DNA of 62,152 nucleotides, the filler included, from Basidiobolus ranarum (Eukaryota): assembly GCA_040143965.1 (NCBI GenBank). It is 23 parts of 23 records of this genome, joined end to end, with 100 filler letters (N's around TTAATTAATTAA, not from the genome) between each part and the next. Parts side by side here need not be neighbours in the genome. Positions count along the whole stretch, not along the records: positions 24,429 to 27,036 come from JASJQH010010025.1; positions 27,137 to 29,743 come from JASJQH010010026.1; positions 29,844 to 32,449 come from JASJQH010010027.1; positions 32,550 to 35,154 come from JASJQH010010028.1; positions 35,255 to 37,858 come from JASJQH010010029.1; 18 more parts are not named here. The stretch is one strand, 5' to 3'. Numbering within the stretch: position 1 is the first letter of the stretch; every line of letters begins with the position of its first letter. A program made the translations under genes and the position numbers. This document shows positions 24,329-37,060 of this stretch, one piece after another. Under the pieces are notes generated by a model that was given only the letters and a program-made list of their open reading frames with translations, was not told the origin of the DNA and did no database searches.

Positions 24329-24428
24329 NNNNNNNNNNNNNNNNNNNNNNNNNNNNNNNNNNNNNNNNNNNNTTAATTAATTAANNNNNNNNNNNNNNNN
24401 NNNNNNNNNNNNNNNNNNNNNNNNNNNN

Positions 24429-24845
24429 GAAGGAAACATCATTTGGTTTAGTGGGCCACATCCAGGGAGACACCATGACAAAAGGCTTTGGGTTGAGAGG
24501 CATGCACCATTTGTAAGATATGAGAAGACTATGGCGGATTTGGCATATGTAGGGGAAGAATGCAGAAGGCCAGGATATGTCACTGCTAACAAGAGGCCCA
24601 GAGGAGAGATACTCACAGAGAGGCAAAAGCTTTATCATGCCATTTTTTCCCATTTTAGAGCAAGAGTAGAACATAGCTTTGGTTTCCTAAAGAGATTTAG
24701 CATTGTAGCAGGAAAGTATAGAGGAGAATCATTTTGTAGGCCTCAATCAAAGTTAGGCAAAGTAGTCAAAAGCTTGATTAATTCTCAATACATCCATACT
24801 CAAAGATATCCATTGAGAGCTCTAGACTTAAGATGCCATGAATAA
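24429..24845 (+). CDS. DDE_Tnp_4 (PIF/Harbinger-IS5/ISL2-like) transposase, C-terminal part, frame open
   Basis: GNIIWFSGPHPGRHHD, MADLAYVG, KRPRGEILTERQK, RARVEHSFGFLKRF. Confidence 0.88.
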   Translation, partial: EGNIIWFSGPHPGRHHDKRLWVERHAPFVRYEKTMADLAYVGEECRRPGYVTANKRPRGEILTERQKLYHAIFSHFRARVEHSFGFLKRFSIVAGKYRGESFCRPQSKLGKVVKSLINSQYIHTQRYPLRALDLRCHE

Positions 24846-25051
24846 AGTTTTCATCATCTTTTGAATGTGTAATAATGTCTAAAAGTTTTTTTCTTAAATA
24901 TACCACATAAGTAAAATAAACTGTTCCCAAAATGGTAAATAACATCATGCCAGATATTGCCCAATCATGCCAGATAGTGCCCAATCATGCCAATTTTTGC
25001 TGGCACACTTTTTAGCTGGCCTGATCTTGCTCAATAAAATGGAACAAGTCT
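24846..25051 (+). mobile_element. Right end of the DDE_Tnp_4 element: subterminal 19-bp repeats and TIR
   Basis: ATCATGCCAGATA(T/G)TGCCCA repeated about 2.5 times, then AATGGAACAAGTC, matching the MITE termini. Confidence 0.75.
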
Positions 25052-27036
25052 GGTTTCTCTCAAATACTTAAGTGTTTGTCTTACTGCTGTTTTATGCTCA
25101 GATCCGGGATTTTTGAGGTATAGGCTGACAGTTCCTGCTGCCAAAGCAATGTCTTGAAAAATTGCCATCAATTTATACATTTAACTACCTGTCATGGATG
25201 ATAAAGGGAACTCTGTGCATTGATTTGAGTTATTTTGTGCCAAATATATAATTTTGTTGTGAATTTTGCATTTGGAGCTATTGGTGTGAATACAGGCTTG
25301 CTATTCTCCATACTGAGGTATTTTAGGATGGCTAGGAATTGGCTAGACCAATTAAGCATGATTTTCTGATTTGATTTATCTCTGTTGACTTAGATCATAA
25401 GGATATAACTTCATTCACCCATCTCAATCATCTGAAACTGGTTTGATAAGCTTTTTTTGTCTGATTAGAGGTTTCAAAAATCAAGTGATTCCAAATAAGT
25501 ATCTTCCTTGTTGTACCATGCACTTGGTGCCTACTTGAGTCCGTATAGCAGTTTTGCAGTTTGCAGACTACATCAGGGTGTGTTGGGTCAACAATTCCAC
25601 CAGGTTGCTCCATCAAGGTTGATTCTTGTATATGCAATAAACTGAAAGTTGCTTTAACATTCATTTGATGTGAATCAGGCTTAACAATGGCAAAGTGTGC
25701 CAGAATTGCTCTAATGGAGCCAAATATAGCTACTGGGTAAAAGTTTCATTCAAGTCAACTCTGGAGTCTGGGAGAAACCTCTTGTGATTAATCATAGTTT
25801 CTACCTTTCTATAATTCTGTAGGCTTGGTTCTTGACTTTGGACTTTTCCATTGTGTCAGGATTTATCAGACCTGGGCTCAAAATATTAAAGTAAATATGA
25901 TTGAAATAGATCATGCCAGAGGGTACCAGATATTGCCAAATTGTGCTGCATAAAATTTACAATACTCTATTCAATATACTTTATACAGCACCATCTGGCA
26001 CTATCACTAAGAACAAGTCCTTTGTAGACCCATTTGTAATCTATAGGTTTTCTCCAAGAAGATAGGAGGCTTAAAACCCATGTTTAAGTGTTCTGAAGGG
26101 AAGAAAACACAACAGGTATTGCTTTTTCCCAGAGTATTGAGTCTGGACACTTCAGAGCTTGGTCTATAGTCTATTGCTGATCACAGAATGGTGCAAAAGT
26201 AAAGATATCCTCATTGCAAGGGTTATACCGGTACCCTAGCCTATTGCTCCTTTTAGATGATCATTGAAGTCAGGATTTATCCTTTAGTAAAATTGGGGCT
26301 GGAATTTTCAATGAATTGGGCAGAGAACATACTGCAATTTTGTTAGACACTTCCTGAACAGAGCAAATTGAACTTTCTGGATCAAGAACTGTGACTTGCA
26401 ATGAGAATTGGTTTTTTCATCAGCAATCACATCTCTCTACTTAATAACCTTCTATTTTTTGGTAACAAACAGTCAATAGGCCTTAGATACATCCTAATAA
26501 CCAACTTAAATGCAATTACTGCTTTTTGGCTCCAATTTGGAGCCTTTTTGAGTTGGTATTAGGCACAATGATGTGCAACACACAATCTGGAGATGGTCCA
26601 TGCTTGGTTTTGATCTATATACAGCAGTAATGGAGTAGAACTATGTAGCAATCTTGTTGGGCATCTATCTATGATATTGAATGTGATGGAGAAAGATTCA
26701 GCACAATGTAGATAAAAAAACTTTAGATTTTATAACATTGATCTTGCCATTTCTAGTATGGGCCTGTTAGCATATGCTGCAATCCATTTTGCTGTGCATC
26801 TTTAAGAACAATAGTTTGTTGGTATATACCATTTTTATAGCAAAGCCAGGCAGAATCTTTGAAGTAGTATTCTCAACCATTGTCACTCCTAAGTGCCCTC
26901 AATTTTGGTGCTAATTCATTTGCTATTGTTGGTTGGTAGCACCAGAATGTACTAAGGCTTCAGATCTTGATTTAAAAATGAATATTCAAAAATATCTTGC
27001 TTTGTCATCAATAGAGTTCATAACTTACCTTTTGCC
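25052..27036 (-). mobile_element. Decayed Ty1/Copia integrase-RT
   Basis: DIALAAGTVS.YLKNPG, MEQPGG.VDPTHPDVVCKLQ, QMNVKATF, KWVYK..RGFSQ. Confidence 0.85.
25840..26020. mobile_element. 181-bp MITE with GGACTT(G/T)TTC TIRs and TTT TSD
   Basis: GGACTTTTCC...GAACAAGTCC flanked by TTT/TTT; removing it and one TSD restores the Copia RT motif KWVYKVK. Confidence 0.9.
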
Positions 27037-27949
27037 NNNNNNNNNNNNNNNNNNNNNNNNNNNNNNNNNNNNNNNNNNNNTTAATTAATTAANNNNNNNN
27101 NNNNNNNNNNNNNNNNNNNNNNNNNNNNNNNNNNNNGCACACTTTGTATTATTGATTAAGAATTCCGTGGATATCCTTACCATTCCTCTTTTGCAAGACG
27201 ATCCTAATCAAGTATTCACTAATCCTAACCACTTTCTAAATGCAGTCTGATATATATTTTTTCATTTACGCTTTCTTTCTTTCTATTACTTGGTACGTTA
27301 CATGATCCAGAAATTCATTCAAGAGCTCAGTGGAAATTGCATTTTTGGAACTTATTTTTGATTTGAAAACACTGCAATGAGCATAAATTCTGAAGAACAA
27401 TAATAAACTAGAGTTCTATTTGGAGTGAACTATTCCCCATTCTGAGTTGAGCCATGTTCAGGTGATTCCCATAAGGTAATTCGCAGTGATCTAAGCCTGC
27501 CTGCAGGGAAGTTTAGCAGGTTGGCTTCTCCACATGCGTCGTCGCCATGCTTCTTAGATAGTTGGAATTAAGCGATGAAAGCGGTATTGTCAGCCAGTAT
27601 CTTATGGCGCTACTTTACTCCTCGAGTGGTCATGAATAAAGGGATTCTTCACATCCTCAGACCAAATGTTTCGGATGATATCCGTGAGCACTGTTTGTCT
27701 TGGGTCTCATAGATCAAGGATGCTTCCAAGCTTCCAGACCAGCAGTAATTAGGAACATCGGCTGATTATTTTGATTTGAGGTTGTGTTCATTCCGCTCTC
27801 TCTAGCTCAATCCTGCCATCGTCGTTATATTAAAAATCCAGGGAATAAAACCATTGTAAATCATCCAATGGACAATCCAGATCTTGTCAGGAAGATCCAG
27901 CACCAAATTGGAGAAGTGAAAGAGCCATAAATGACAACGAACAGGTTAA

Positions 27950-29145
27950 GCAACAATGGAGTATGGGCTCACCACATCGACCTGTCGTATGAGCTTCTGC
28001 GTCAAAAACGGAGGAAAATCATGAACTCTGCTGCGTTATTCTACAAATAGCCCGATTCATAGAGTACTGGAAAACAAGGTAACCAAGAGCCTTTGGAATG
28101 TATCCGTTGAGGAGAACGGAGAAAGAAGAATCAACGGAATAGATAAAAGCCCTGTTGTCTATTGTTCTCAAGCAACCTTCTCAGCTAGAGCTACAAAGCT
28201 GTCATCGAAACTAGGCGGTAAGCCACAGTAAAGCCTATACAACGCTACACAGAGCTCCCAGATAAGAGTCAGTGTGCACGATCTATCAATTGACTTACAT
28301 GGCAGGCCATTTGATTCAAATATCGTGAGTTTCTGTAGCACTTTGAAGAGGATTGCCTTATCACTAAAAGATTCAATAGATTTCCCAGTCTACTTCTCAT
28401 ATTATTCAAAACAAGACAGCATTGATTGTAATCTTAATGTTTATGGAACCGATGATCACTTTTCTTTTATTAAAACATCCGCCGAATATCTTTGGCAGAA
28501 GAAAGATGATTTACCTTCCTTTTCTACAATCCGGTTTCTTAGCACCTATCACGTGTACTTGCCATTGCGATCATTGATTTGAATGAAGCCCTACAATCTC
28601 CGTAGGAAATCATCTCCTTTTCAGCCATGCACACCCAAACATGAATATGATCACTGCTTACAGGTGACTTTGGCAGTGCAAACGTCAGCTTTGTTGGGCA
28701 CTCCACCGCTTACTCACAGAGCTATCGTCGAATCATGTAGGTTTCCCTGAGATAGTTGCTTGGCTGCTGAGGCCGGCGATGCTTGTTGTCAGAATCACAA
28801 CACTTGCCATTCTACAGAGCAGGGCACACTCCTGTATAGGTTATTAGCGATGATTTTCATTGTGCTGATTCTAGCGCTTCCTAAGTAGTACGGGTGCGAT
28901 GACTGGATCTCGTGTGTATGGATGTGACAGCCCTTGGAGAGCGCGAGGCTTTCCTTGTCTTATGGGTTTGGGCAATGCTGAAGCTGAATCCAAGGTGTGA
29001 AGAGATAATGGATAGTCCTAATTTTGAATCTTTAATATGATTCAATTTCATTTCGCAAATGTCAAAAGAGAAAGGATTGGAGCCTGATTGTAGGCTTGCT
29101 AAATTAATCAGCAGGGCAATGCCCACCCAAGAAGGAAAAATTTAA
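27950..29145 (+). pseudogene. Possible decayed host gene (F-box/LRR-like composition, unassigned)
   Basis: CpG-retaining unique DNA with broken Leu-rich frames such as 28274-28582. Confidence 0.25.
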
Positions 29146-29411
29146 GTTGTTCCTTCATTTTCATATTGATTGCGTACATTATGCGAATGCTCAAATTAAA
29201 ATAGAATGTGACGATCCGGGAAACGAAGGCAAGTATGAAACTGGAGAGAATACCAATTTACTAAAGTGTGCAAAATAAGAAAAATGAATCACACAACGAG
29301 ACAAAGGGAGAAGAAAATCCATAAGGAGAGGAATTCATGGGTGATTATTTATAGTGACCTTGTCTCGCATCTCTTTTCAAGCAAACTTTGGTTTACCGAT
29401 ATTCATTCGAG

Positions 29412-29743
29412 ATGGATTCAAGCGTTACATCCTGCGCCACTTTTCTGCCTGATTCTTTTGACACCTACCATTCTGCACAACCAATACACTCGCTAACAGA
29501 AAATCACCGCGACAGCTACCTGCATTTGTATCAATCTCTTCCAGAACAATTTGTTCATCGCGAAGGAAGTTATCGTAGTGGAAGCCTCTCAGACTCGCCT
29601 ATACTGGAGATCTTCCAGGATCTCAAACTACCGCCCATAAATCCTCGCAATAGTTACTCAAGGAAGTCTTGGTCAACCTTTTCTCCATCGGCCACGTCCA
29701 ACTCCTACCCATGGAGTAATGAACTGCAACTGCCTGGCATTCG
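29412..29743 (+). CDS. 5' part of an unknown Ser/Pro-rich protein (possible transcription regulator)
   Basis: Open from ATG 29412 to the contig end; LKLPPI and LQLPGI motifs; CpG retained. Confidence 0.55.
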
Positions 29744-29843
29744 NNNNNNNNNNNNNNNNNNNNNNNNNNNNNNNNNNNNNNNNNNNNTTAATTAATTAAN
29801 NNNNNNNNNNNNNNNNNNNNNNNNNNNNNNNNNNNNNNNNNNN

Positions 29844-30420
29844 GTCAGAGTTTGCATTGGGCCACATAAGTCTGTATGAATAAGATCCAATAAATCTTTG
29901 GCTTTGCTAGCTCCTTCTTTTGGAAATGGTTTTCTGGTGATTTTCCCTTGAATAGAGCTTTCACATTTAGTAATATCTGAGGGCTTAAGATTCATTCCAG
30001 TACATAGGCTATTTTTATATTATAGTTTCACACTATGGTAGTTTAGATGACCCAAGGGCGGATGCCAAGTCATCAAATTTCCAAAAGTAGTTGTTGAAAA
30101 GTTAGAAACAATCTCAGTTATTGGTGCAATATATAGATGATATAGATTCCTAATCCTTGTTGCAGTTGCTACCATGAAGTCTTTTGATTTGTATTTGGTT
30201 GCTTTTCCTTGGCTGAATTTGATATTACAATGATTCTTTTCAATTGCTCCAATTGAAAACAGATTTGTTGAAAATGATGGAATATATAAGACATCTTCCA
30301 AGGTTACCATTACACTTTTGGTTTTATTTATTTGTAATTCAAGTATGACCATTTCCATTCCCTATGCAACCAGCTTGTTTCCTCCAGCTTCTATGATGTC
30401 CAGTGGTTCCATTTCCTTTC
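29844..30420 (-). mobile_element. Ty1/Copia protease-GAG-pre-integrase-integrase remnant
   Basis: LEDVLYIPSFSTNLFSIG, WHPPLGHLN, CESSIQGK, LDLIHTDLCGPM. Confidence 0.9.
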
Positions 30421-30424
30421 CTTT

Positions 30425-30751
30425 TAAATACTTCTTGACATAGACAAGTGATCAGGTAATGCTGAGTAAGCTTATTCTTAATTGCTCCTAAAGTGAGTGC
30501 AAGGGCCAAATGTGATTCAGGGAGACCTTTGACTTATATAGTAGAGAAGTGAATCAATTGTTTGAGATATATAGAACTTTGTGTAATAAGATACAAAGGA
30601 TAAGTGGGGGTAACAAGACATACTTGTTATATAGATATAGAGATATTCCTATACAGAATATAGGAGTTATAGATATGTTGCTTTCTGTTTCTGATATATC
30701 TATTGTAACTATAGTCAACTATGATGTTGACTGAAGTTCAATTATCCAACA
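30425..30751 (-). mobile_element. LTR related to family E
   Basis: Similar to 41221-41536, ending ...TTATCCAACA on the plus strand. Confidence 0.65.
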
Positions 30752-32549
30752 GATTCAACCAATTCAACTAGTGAGCTTTTTGCATCTGGAGAGGAGTCAG
30801 CTCCAGGGAGCATGCACCAGACAGGCATACCTGTTTCACATGTACAGCTGCACAAGAGCAACAAAGGCCAGCTGCAATAATTACTAGACCTTCCCCTTTG
30901 TTGGATGAAGATCCAATGCCCAATAGCAAACTTTGAAGACAGCAATCCATTGCAATATGCACCCTGACAAGACCAAGACAATGTGTGTTTAACTCTGATA
31001 GTGATGCTTCTGCTAGCTTGAAGAATCCTTATTAATCAAACATAAACCTCAAGGTAGATGGTATGTTTTGAGGCATTCTGCCATGCAAAAGAGATGAAGA
31101 TTCTTCTGTGATTGAAGATAGAATAGTGCCAAACATAAACCTCAAGTTAGTTGACTTGCTCCAACATACATTGCCAGGCAACCATGGCCACAACCAATCA
31201 ATAGACATCAATCCTGTACTCTGGTTGAAGCAGCAATAACTGCCAAACATAGGTGACATGGTACATGACTTGCTCCAACATGTACTACCACATGACAATG
31301 TCCAAGGCCAGTTGTATAAGATGAAGCCTCTACCATGGTTGAGAAATCAATATCTGACAACCATGCATCTCAATAAAGATGATCTGGGCTGACATGTAGA
31401 ACAGCATGCAAGCAGCAATAGCTAGTTGACTCAATAAGTGCAGGTTACACATCTGATAAGAGACTGTGGATAAAAGCAAACTGAAAACTTGACTGGACAA
31501 GCCAACACATACCACAGCACATCCATCACAAGCTGCACTTCATGCAGGCTGAAGTAGTACAACTTCTTGAGGATCAAACAAACCAACCCTGCACAGAGGT
31601 TCACGCAAAGCTTGTTCTACGGAAATATCAAGGAGGCAACAAAAGTAGCAGAAACAAGTCAACATGTATTGATTCAAACCTGAGTAACAGCTGAACACTC
31701 TTGTTACTATCTACATAATACTGTCTTTACTGTTCAATAAATCAGTTGTAGTCAAAATAGATTGCAGTTAAATACAGCATCAATTGCTTTGGTTTGATCA
31801 TGATTTCTTATGTGTGTATGAAACACTGAAAGTGCAAAATCATGGTGAATTAACAAATGCAATGATAGCTTTTTAAATCATGCAATTTCACTACACATCA
31901 ATGAAAATGTCTGTCAATGAAAAGCTTGTGCAGCCATATTGGCTTAATATGTTTCAATGCATTCACATTCTCACTGAAGTAAAATGCAGCATGATTGAAT
32001 CAATAAATTGTCAATCTGAAAATGATGCATATTGTGATCCTGATCAAGACTATCCTACTACAGATTGATCCATTGCAGAGTGACATGATTTGCCACTAGT
32101 ACGCCAAAGCTGCTGTTGTTTCATGATATAGGAACCATAGGGTCTAATTGAGATCAGGATATTTTATGGGAGAGAGATATATGATTGGCCCATAAACATG
32201 CAAATGACTTGGTCATACATTTGATTTGGCAAGTCACAGTACAAAGAGTTCATTTTTAAACATTTAATAATTGGTAAGTTACAAAGTAGAGGATAAACTT
32301 AAATTGTGTGTTACTCAAAATCTTAATTTGGTAATACCTGTTGTGTTCAAGAGAAAAGTGGATAAAAAGTCTTGAACTTTACTGAACCAAAGAAACAGTT
32401 AAGTGCAGAATCTTAGAACTGTTTAAGCAGGATATATGAGCAGAGCAGANNNNNNNNNNNNNNNNNNNNNNNNNNNNNNNNNNNNNNNNNNNNTTAATTA
32501 ATTAANNNNNNNNNNNNNNNNNNNNNNNNNNNNNNNNNNNNNNNNNNNN

Positions 32550-33540
32550 TATTGGAATATTGGTTTAACTGCTGTCTTGGGCTCAGATCATGTATTTTTG
32601 AGGTATTGACTTATAGTTCCTAATACCATGACTATGTCTGGACCTGTTGCAGCAACTGTATATGTTAAACTACCAACCATGGACTCACATGGAAGCACTT
32701 GGCTTTGGTCTAGGTTATTCAGGCCCTAATTAGATTTAAATATGATTAGTTGCACATTGTGATCCATTGGTGCCAGCACTGGCTAGAAGTTTCTAAGTTG
32801 TATCACTTTAGGATGTGCAGGATGGCTTTAGAATATTTCTAATTAATTTTTTCATTTGGCTTATGTCTGTTGATATGGATTCCAGGAAAGTAACTTTATT
32901 CACCTATATCAGACATCTGAAGTTAGTTTGATAAGTTGCTTTTATCTGATTGAGTGCTTGCCTGAGTCCACATAGCAATAGTTATGCCTTATGGGCCATA
33001 CTAGTGTATTTTGGGTCAGCCAATCTATCTGGTTGCTACATATTCATTTTATGCTTGATTTCCATTTAGAATAATTCTTATTTTATTCATCTGATGGAAT
33101 TAAAGCTTAGTTACGGCCAAAACTAGGCACTAGATCAGAAGTTCCATCAAGATTAATTTGTGGGGTGAACAAACTCTCTATCATTGCTCTTTTTCATAAT
33201 TTGATTCTTTCAACCCTTGCTCCTGACCTACAGCTGGGTTTTATAAAGAAATATTGTAAGGAATTAGGTAACTTAATTGGAAATACTCCACCAGTTCCTT
33301 GCCTTTTTCTACTTTTGGATGGTTTTGTAGGTCCTGATGTATCCTCTAACATAATTCAGGCTGATTTTCAGCTGTGTTGGCCTCAGAAAAAGCTGCATAC
33401 TTGCCAAATGCCTCCTTGATGGTGTTGATTATGCTGTGTGATAAAGAACTATCATTTGGAGAGAAAATATTCTTTCTCTTCAATTATCACATCTCAGCAC
33501 ACAATTAACTTTCAATTTTTGGTACCAACCCATTTGTAGG
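32550..33540 (-). mobile_element. Highly decayed Ty1/Copia RT region
   Basis: Colinear with 25052-25700 (PDIV.V.GTISQYLK, AVKPIFQ). Confidence 0.7.
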
Positions 33541-33557
33541 CACCATATATAGGGGGT

Positions 33558-34630
33558 TGTGGTGTAGTGGGATAGCATTGCTACCCACTGGCAAGTTTAT
33601 TTATTTCCACTCCAAGCTCATATCATTATCCATGTTTGACTTACCCATATTTTCTAGCAAATCATATCACACCATCAGTATTATCCCCTATTATTTCAGA
33701 TTTATCTGTATTAACCCAAACTAGCCCTATTATTTTCTGGAAAATTTCACAATCTTCTGGAACATTCCACAAGATTCCTGGAACATTGGATGATTGATTG
33801 ACTTTTGACCAATAAAAACTTGATTTTGCCAAATCATTCCATGACTTTCTGGATTATTCTACAATCTTTTAGAACATTTCATGGATTACTAATCTTAGGA
33901 TTTATGATGATATTGGAACCCCAGATTCCCACCAATCAGATTCTCTGGGACTTTCTGGAAATTCTCTTTAGAAATCATATCTATCTTCCGAAAAGTATGA
34001 ATAGGAGCCATATCTTTTCAAATAAGTATTATCCTGGTTTTCAACTAACAATTTCTACTTGTGATCACTCCTTATTTTCACCACCACTTACAAGACCTTT
34101 GAAGAGGAAGCTCAAGAGAGACTACTAGAGACATTTACAGGCTACTGTGCAACTAGAATTGACTTGACCTGTTCAAAGGAAGTACTGACAGGTAGGTGTT
34201 ATGTTTCCAATACTTCATATTTTTTCCCTAGCTTTGTCTGCATAGGCAAGGAACTTTTCATGTCATTGGAGAAATCACAACTAGTACATTTTTGTTCAAG
34301 ACCTTACTGGCTAAGCTTACAGTTGCTTTTGATTGTATATACTCTTTTTATCTCATCATTCTTAAAGGATGTTGAAGCCAGTATATTCTTTTGTCAGGCA
34401 CCAGCATATTATTCAACCGAATGCTGGACATTGCATTGTTGTTTATCAGTCCTTAGACATTTCTCGAGGCTTGATTCCCATTCACAAAGACCCAGGAGAC
34501 AAGACACAGACCCATACTACAGTACATCCCAGAGTTATACAACCATAGTTATTACACCCTTTGGACACCCCACAAAGCCTTTAGGATATTGCAGTTGTAG
34601 GTACTGCTTACACACTAAAACAACTACAAT
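33558..34630 (+). repeat. ~1.1-kb probable long LTR (family D)
   Basis: Starts TGTGG just after AGGGGG; second copy at 19276-20372. Confidence 0.7.
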
Positions 34631-34781
34631 GGCAAATATGAAATATGAATGTATTGCTTTTGGGTTTGAATTTGAAACATTTTGAACTAGAACTGGGCAA
34701 TATGCAGGGTAACTCAAGAACCTCAGAGGATATACAATTGGTCTTACTTGCATAGGTCTTCTAATAAAGAGGCAACTTGTA

Positions 34782-34968
34782 CCATAACAGAAATTTGAGG
34801 CTTGTTATTGTAGGAAAACTGACATAGTTTTAATCTATTTGGGATTGACCATTTACTTACCATCATAAAATTGTCAAGTTAGATTTGCTTTGAATTAATT
34901 TTTTCAGTCTTGGGAGTGAAATTTCAAGATCTCACAAAATAATTGCACATGATTGGCTACAATGTCAG
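34782..34968 (-). mobile_element. CACTA/CMC end 'R'
   Basis: CCATAACAGAAATTTGAGG..., homologous to 42511 onward and inverse to the ends at 17896 and 18538. Confidence 0.8.
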
Positions 34969-35154
34969 TGTTGAAGTTTATTGACTTTATCATATTTGTT
35001 ATCTCTATCTTTATACACCTAACTATTTCATATATCACATATAAGTTAGTTAGCATTACTTAGTCAAATATCACTTAGCTGAAAATTGAAACATACATTA
35101 TATATATATGTGACTAATGTGAGAATTAGCAATTACATATTGGATATTTCAAAC
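34969..35154 (+). mobile_element. Partial Copia LTR (family A)
   Basis: TGTTGAAGTTTATTG start. Confidence 0.85.
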
Positions 35155-35254
35155 NNNNNNNNNNNNNNNNNNNNNNNNNNNNNNNNNNNNNNNNNNNNTT
35201 AATTAATTAANNNNNNNNNNNNNNNNNNNNNNNNNNNNNNNNNNNNNNNNNNNN

Positions 35255-35561
35255 TAGAGGAATTGATGTCTTTTCACTTAGTGATTTATTGAGTAGAAAG
35301 TTGATATTTATAGTTTTGTCATGATGTATCGTAGCCAGCATGTAGAATGGGTTAAGGAAGGTCCCAGGAACTAGTGTGCAAAGTTTGGGGCTTCTAGCAC
35401 AAGTTTGAAAAATCTATATATCTGAGAACTTCTAAGTCGGTGTCAATATTTGAAGTAAATTCCTTATGAGAATAATGGATAATATCTTAGTGAAATATAA
35501 GATAACTACATACTAAGCTATATATGACTATATAGGTGTTGAAGCAATGCTAATTTCAACA
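35255..35561 (-). mobile_element. Copia LTR (family C), partial
   Basis: Inverse of 15156-15460. Confidence 0.85.
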
Positions 35562-36360
35562 AAATAGATGTTAAAACTGCTTTTTTGAATGGTGAGCTTG
35601 CAGAGGAGATGTATATGAACTAGGCAGATGGATTTGTGGACCCAGAAAACCCTAAAAAAGTTTGCAAACTCCAGAAAACACTCTATGGCTTACAATAATA
35701 TCCAAGAGCTTGGAATAGAAAGATTGATGCTGTTTTGGACACACCCAAATTCCAAAAGAGTAATGCTGACTATAGTATCTACTTCAGGCTAGGTACAACA
35801 AACCCAGTTTTATTAGCCTTATATGTAGATGACCTTTTTATAGCAACCAATGACTTAATGACTTTGGAGAGAGCTAAATCCAGCTTATCTGTCAAATTCA
35901 AAATGACTGATCTTTTTGAACTGACATACTATCATGGAGTGCAAATTAAGATAGATAGAACTACCAAAACAATAACTTCAAACCAGTCTAAGTATATCCT
36001 AGATATACTAAAGAAATTGAAATGGAAGAATGTAATCCAGTATCTACTCCAATGGAGACAAATCTTAACTTGACCAAAAATGGCTCAAATCAGACATTCT
36101 TGAATTCAAATGCAAGCCAGAAATTTCCTTATCAATCTATAGTTAATACTTTGATGTATATCATGGTTGCAACATGGCCAGAGATTGCATATTCTGTGGG
36201 AGTTATGTGCCAATATCTTTACAATCTTGGATCTGATCAAGTCATAGCAGTTAAGTAGATTTTAAGATATTTGAAAGATACTGTGGATCTGTGCTTAAAA
36301 TATACATATTCTGGATCAAACTTTGATCTGATGGGATATTCAAATGCAAAAAGGGGAAGC
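35562..36360 (+). mobile_element. Decayed Ty1/Copia RT
   Basis: DVKTAFLNGEL.EEMYM, LQKTLYGL, LALYVDDLFI, NQSKYILDIL, PEIAYSVGV. Confidence 0.92.
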
Positions 36361-37060
36361 AACATTGTTGGATAATTAATCTTTATCCATCATCTTAGTT
36401 AACTGGTATATATCCAACATCAGCCACCACAATTTCCATATTTCATATCTTCAAAAAACTCAACATCTTAACCACCATAAAGATATTCATATTCTAACAT
36501 CATACTATATACAAGTTTAACCATAGTGAATCAAATGGGCCCGGCTTTACTCGGTCAAGTATAAGAATAAGTTCAACACTAGATCTTCAAACTCAGTAAT
36601 CTAGAGGTAGGATAGTTAGGAACTTACAACATCTACTTGCCCTCTACGCGAGATAAGTTAACAAGTATTATGTAAGAGAACGAACTTCAACCGTGCGCTG
36701 TTCATGTAGTGATGGGTATAACAGACGTCCAAAGAAAAGAGAGAAATCATCGTAGGTAGACTCATTTATTTACAAAACCGGGGAGAAATCGAGAGTATAA
36801 GAAAAAAAGGCTGGAAAATAAGATTAAATTGTTCCAGAGATGACACCATTTACTCCGAGAAACAAGAATGAAATGAGAAATCTTTTTAAAAACGCTTGAT
36901 GTTGTTCTGTTCTGTTCTTTTCCGCTACGTTCCGTTCGAAATGTGGGAAAGCTTCGGGAGGAAGAATTCAAATAAATCACTTCTTTTAAATACTATGTGC
37001 ACGAATCAAGCAAAAATAAAAGGCTAAGTAGTTATTTATATGTAGGTCCCTCTAATTAAA

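Noticed and set aside
33805..34753. ORFs of 72-173 aa within repeat D
   Set aside because: Not conserved as open frames in the second copy (19276-20372); chance ORFs in an LTR-like repeat.
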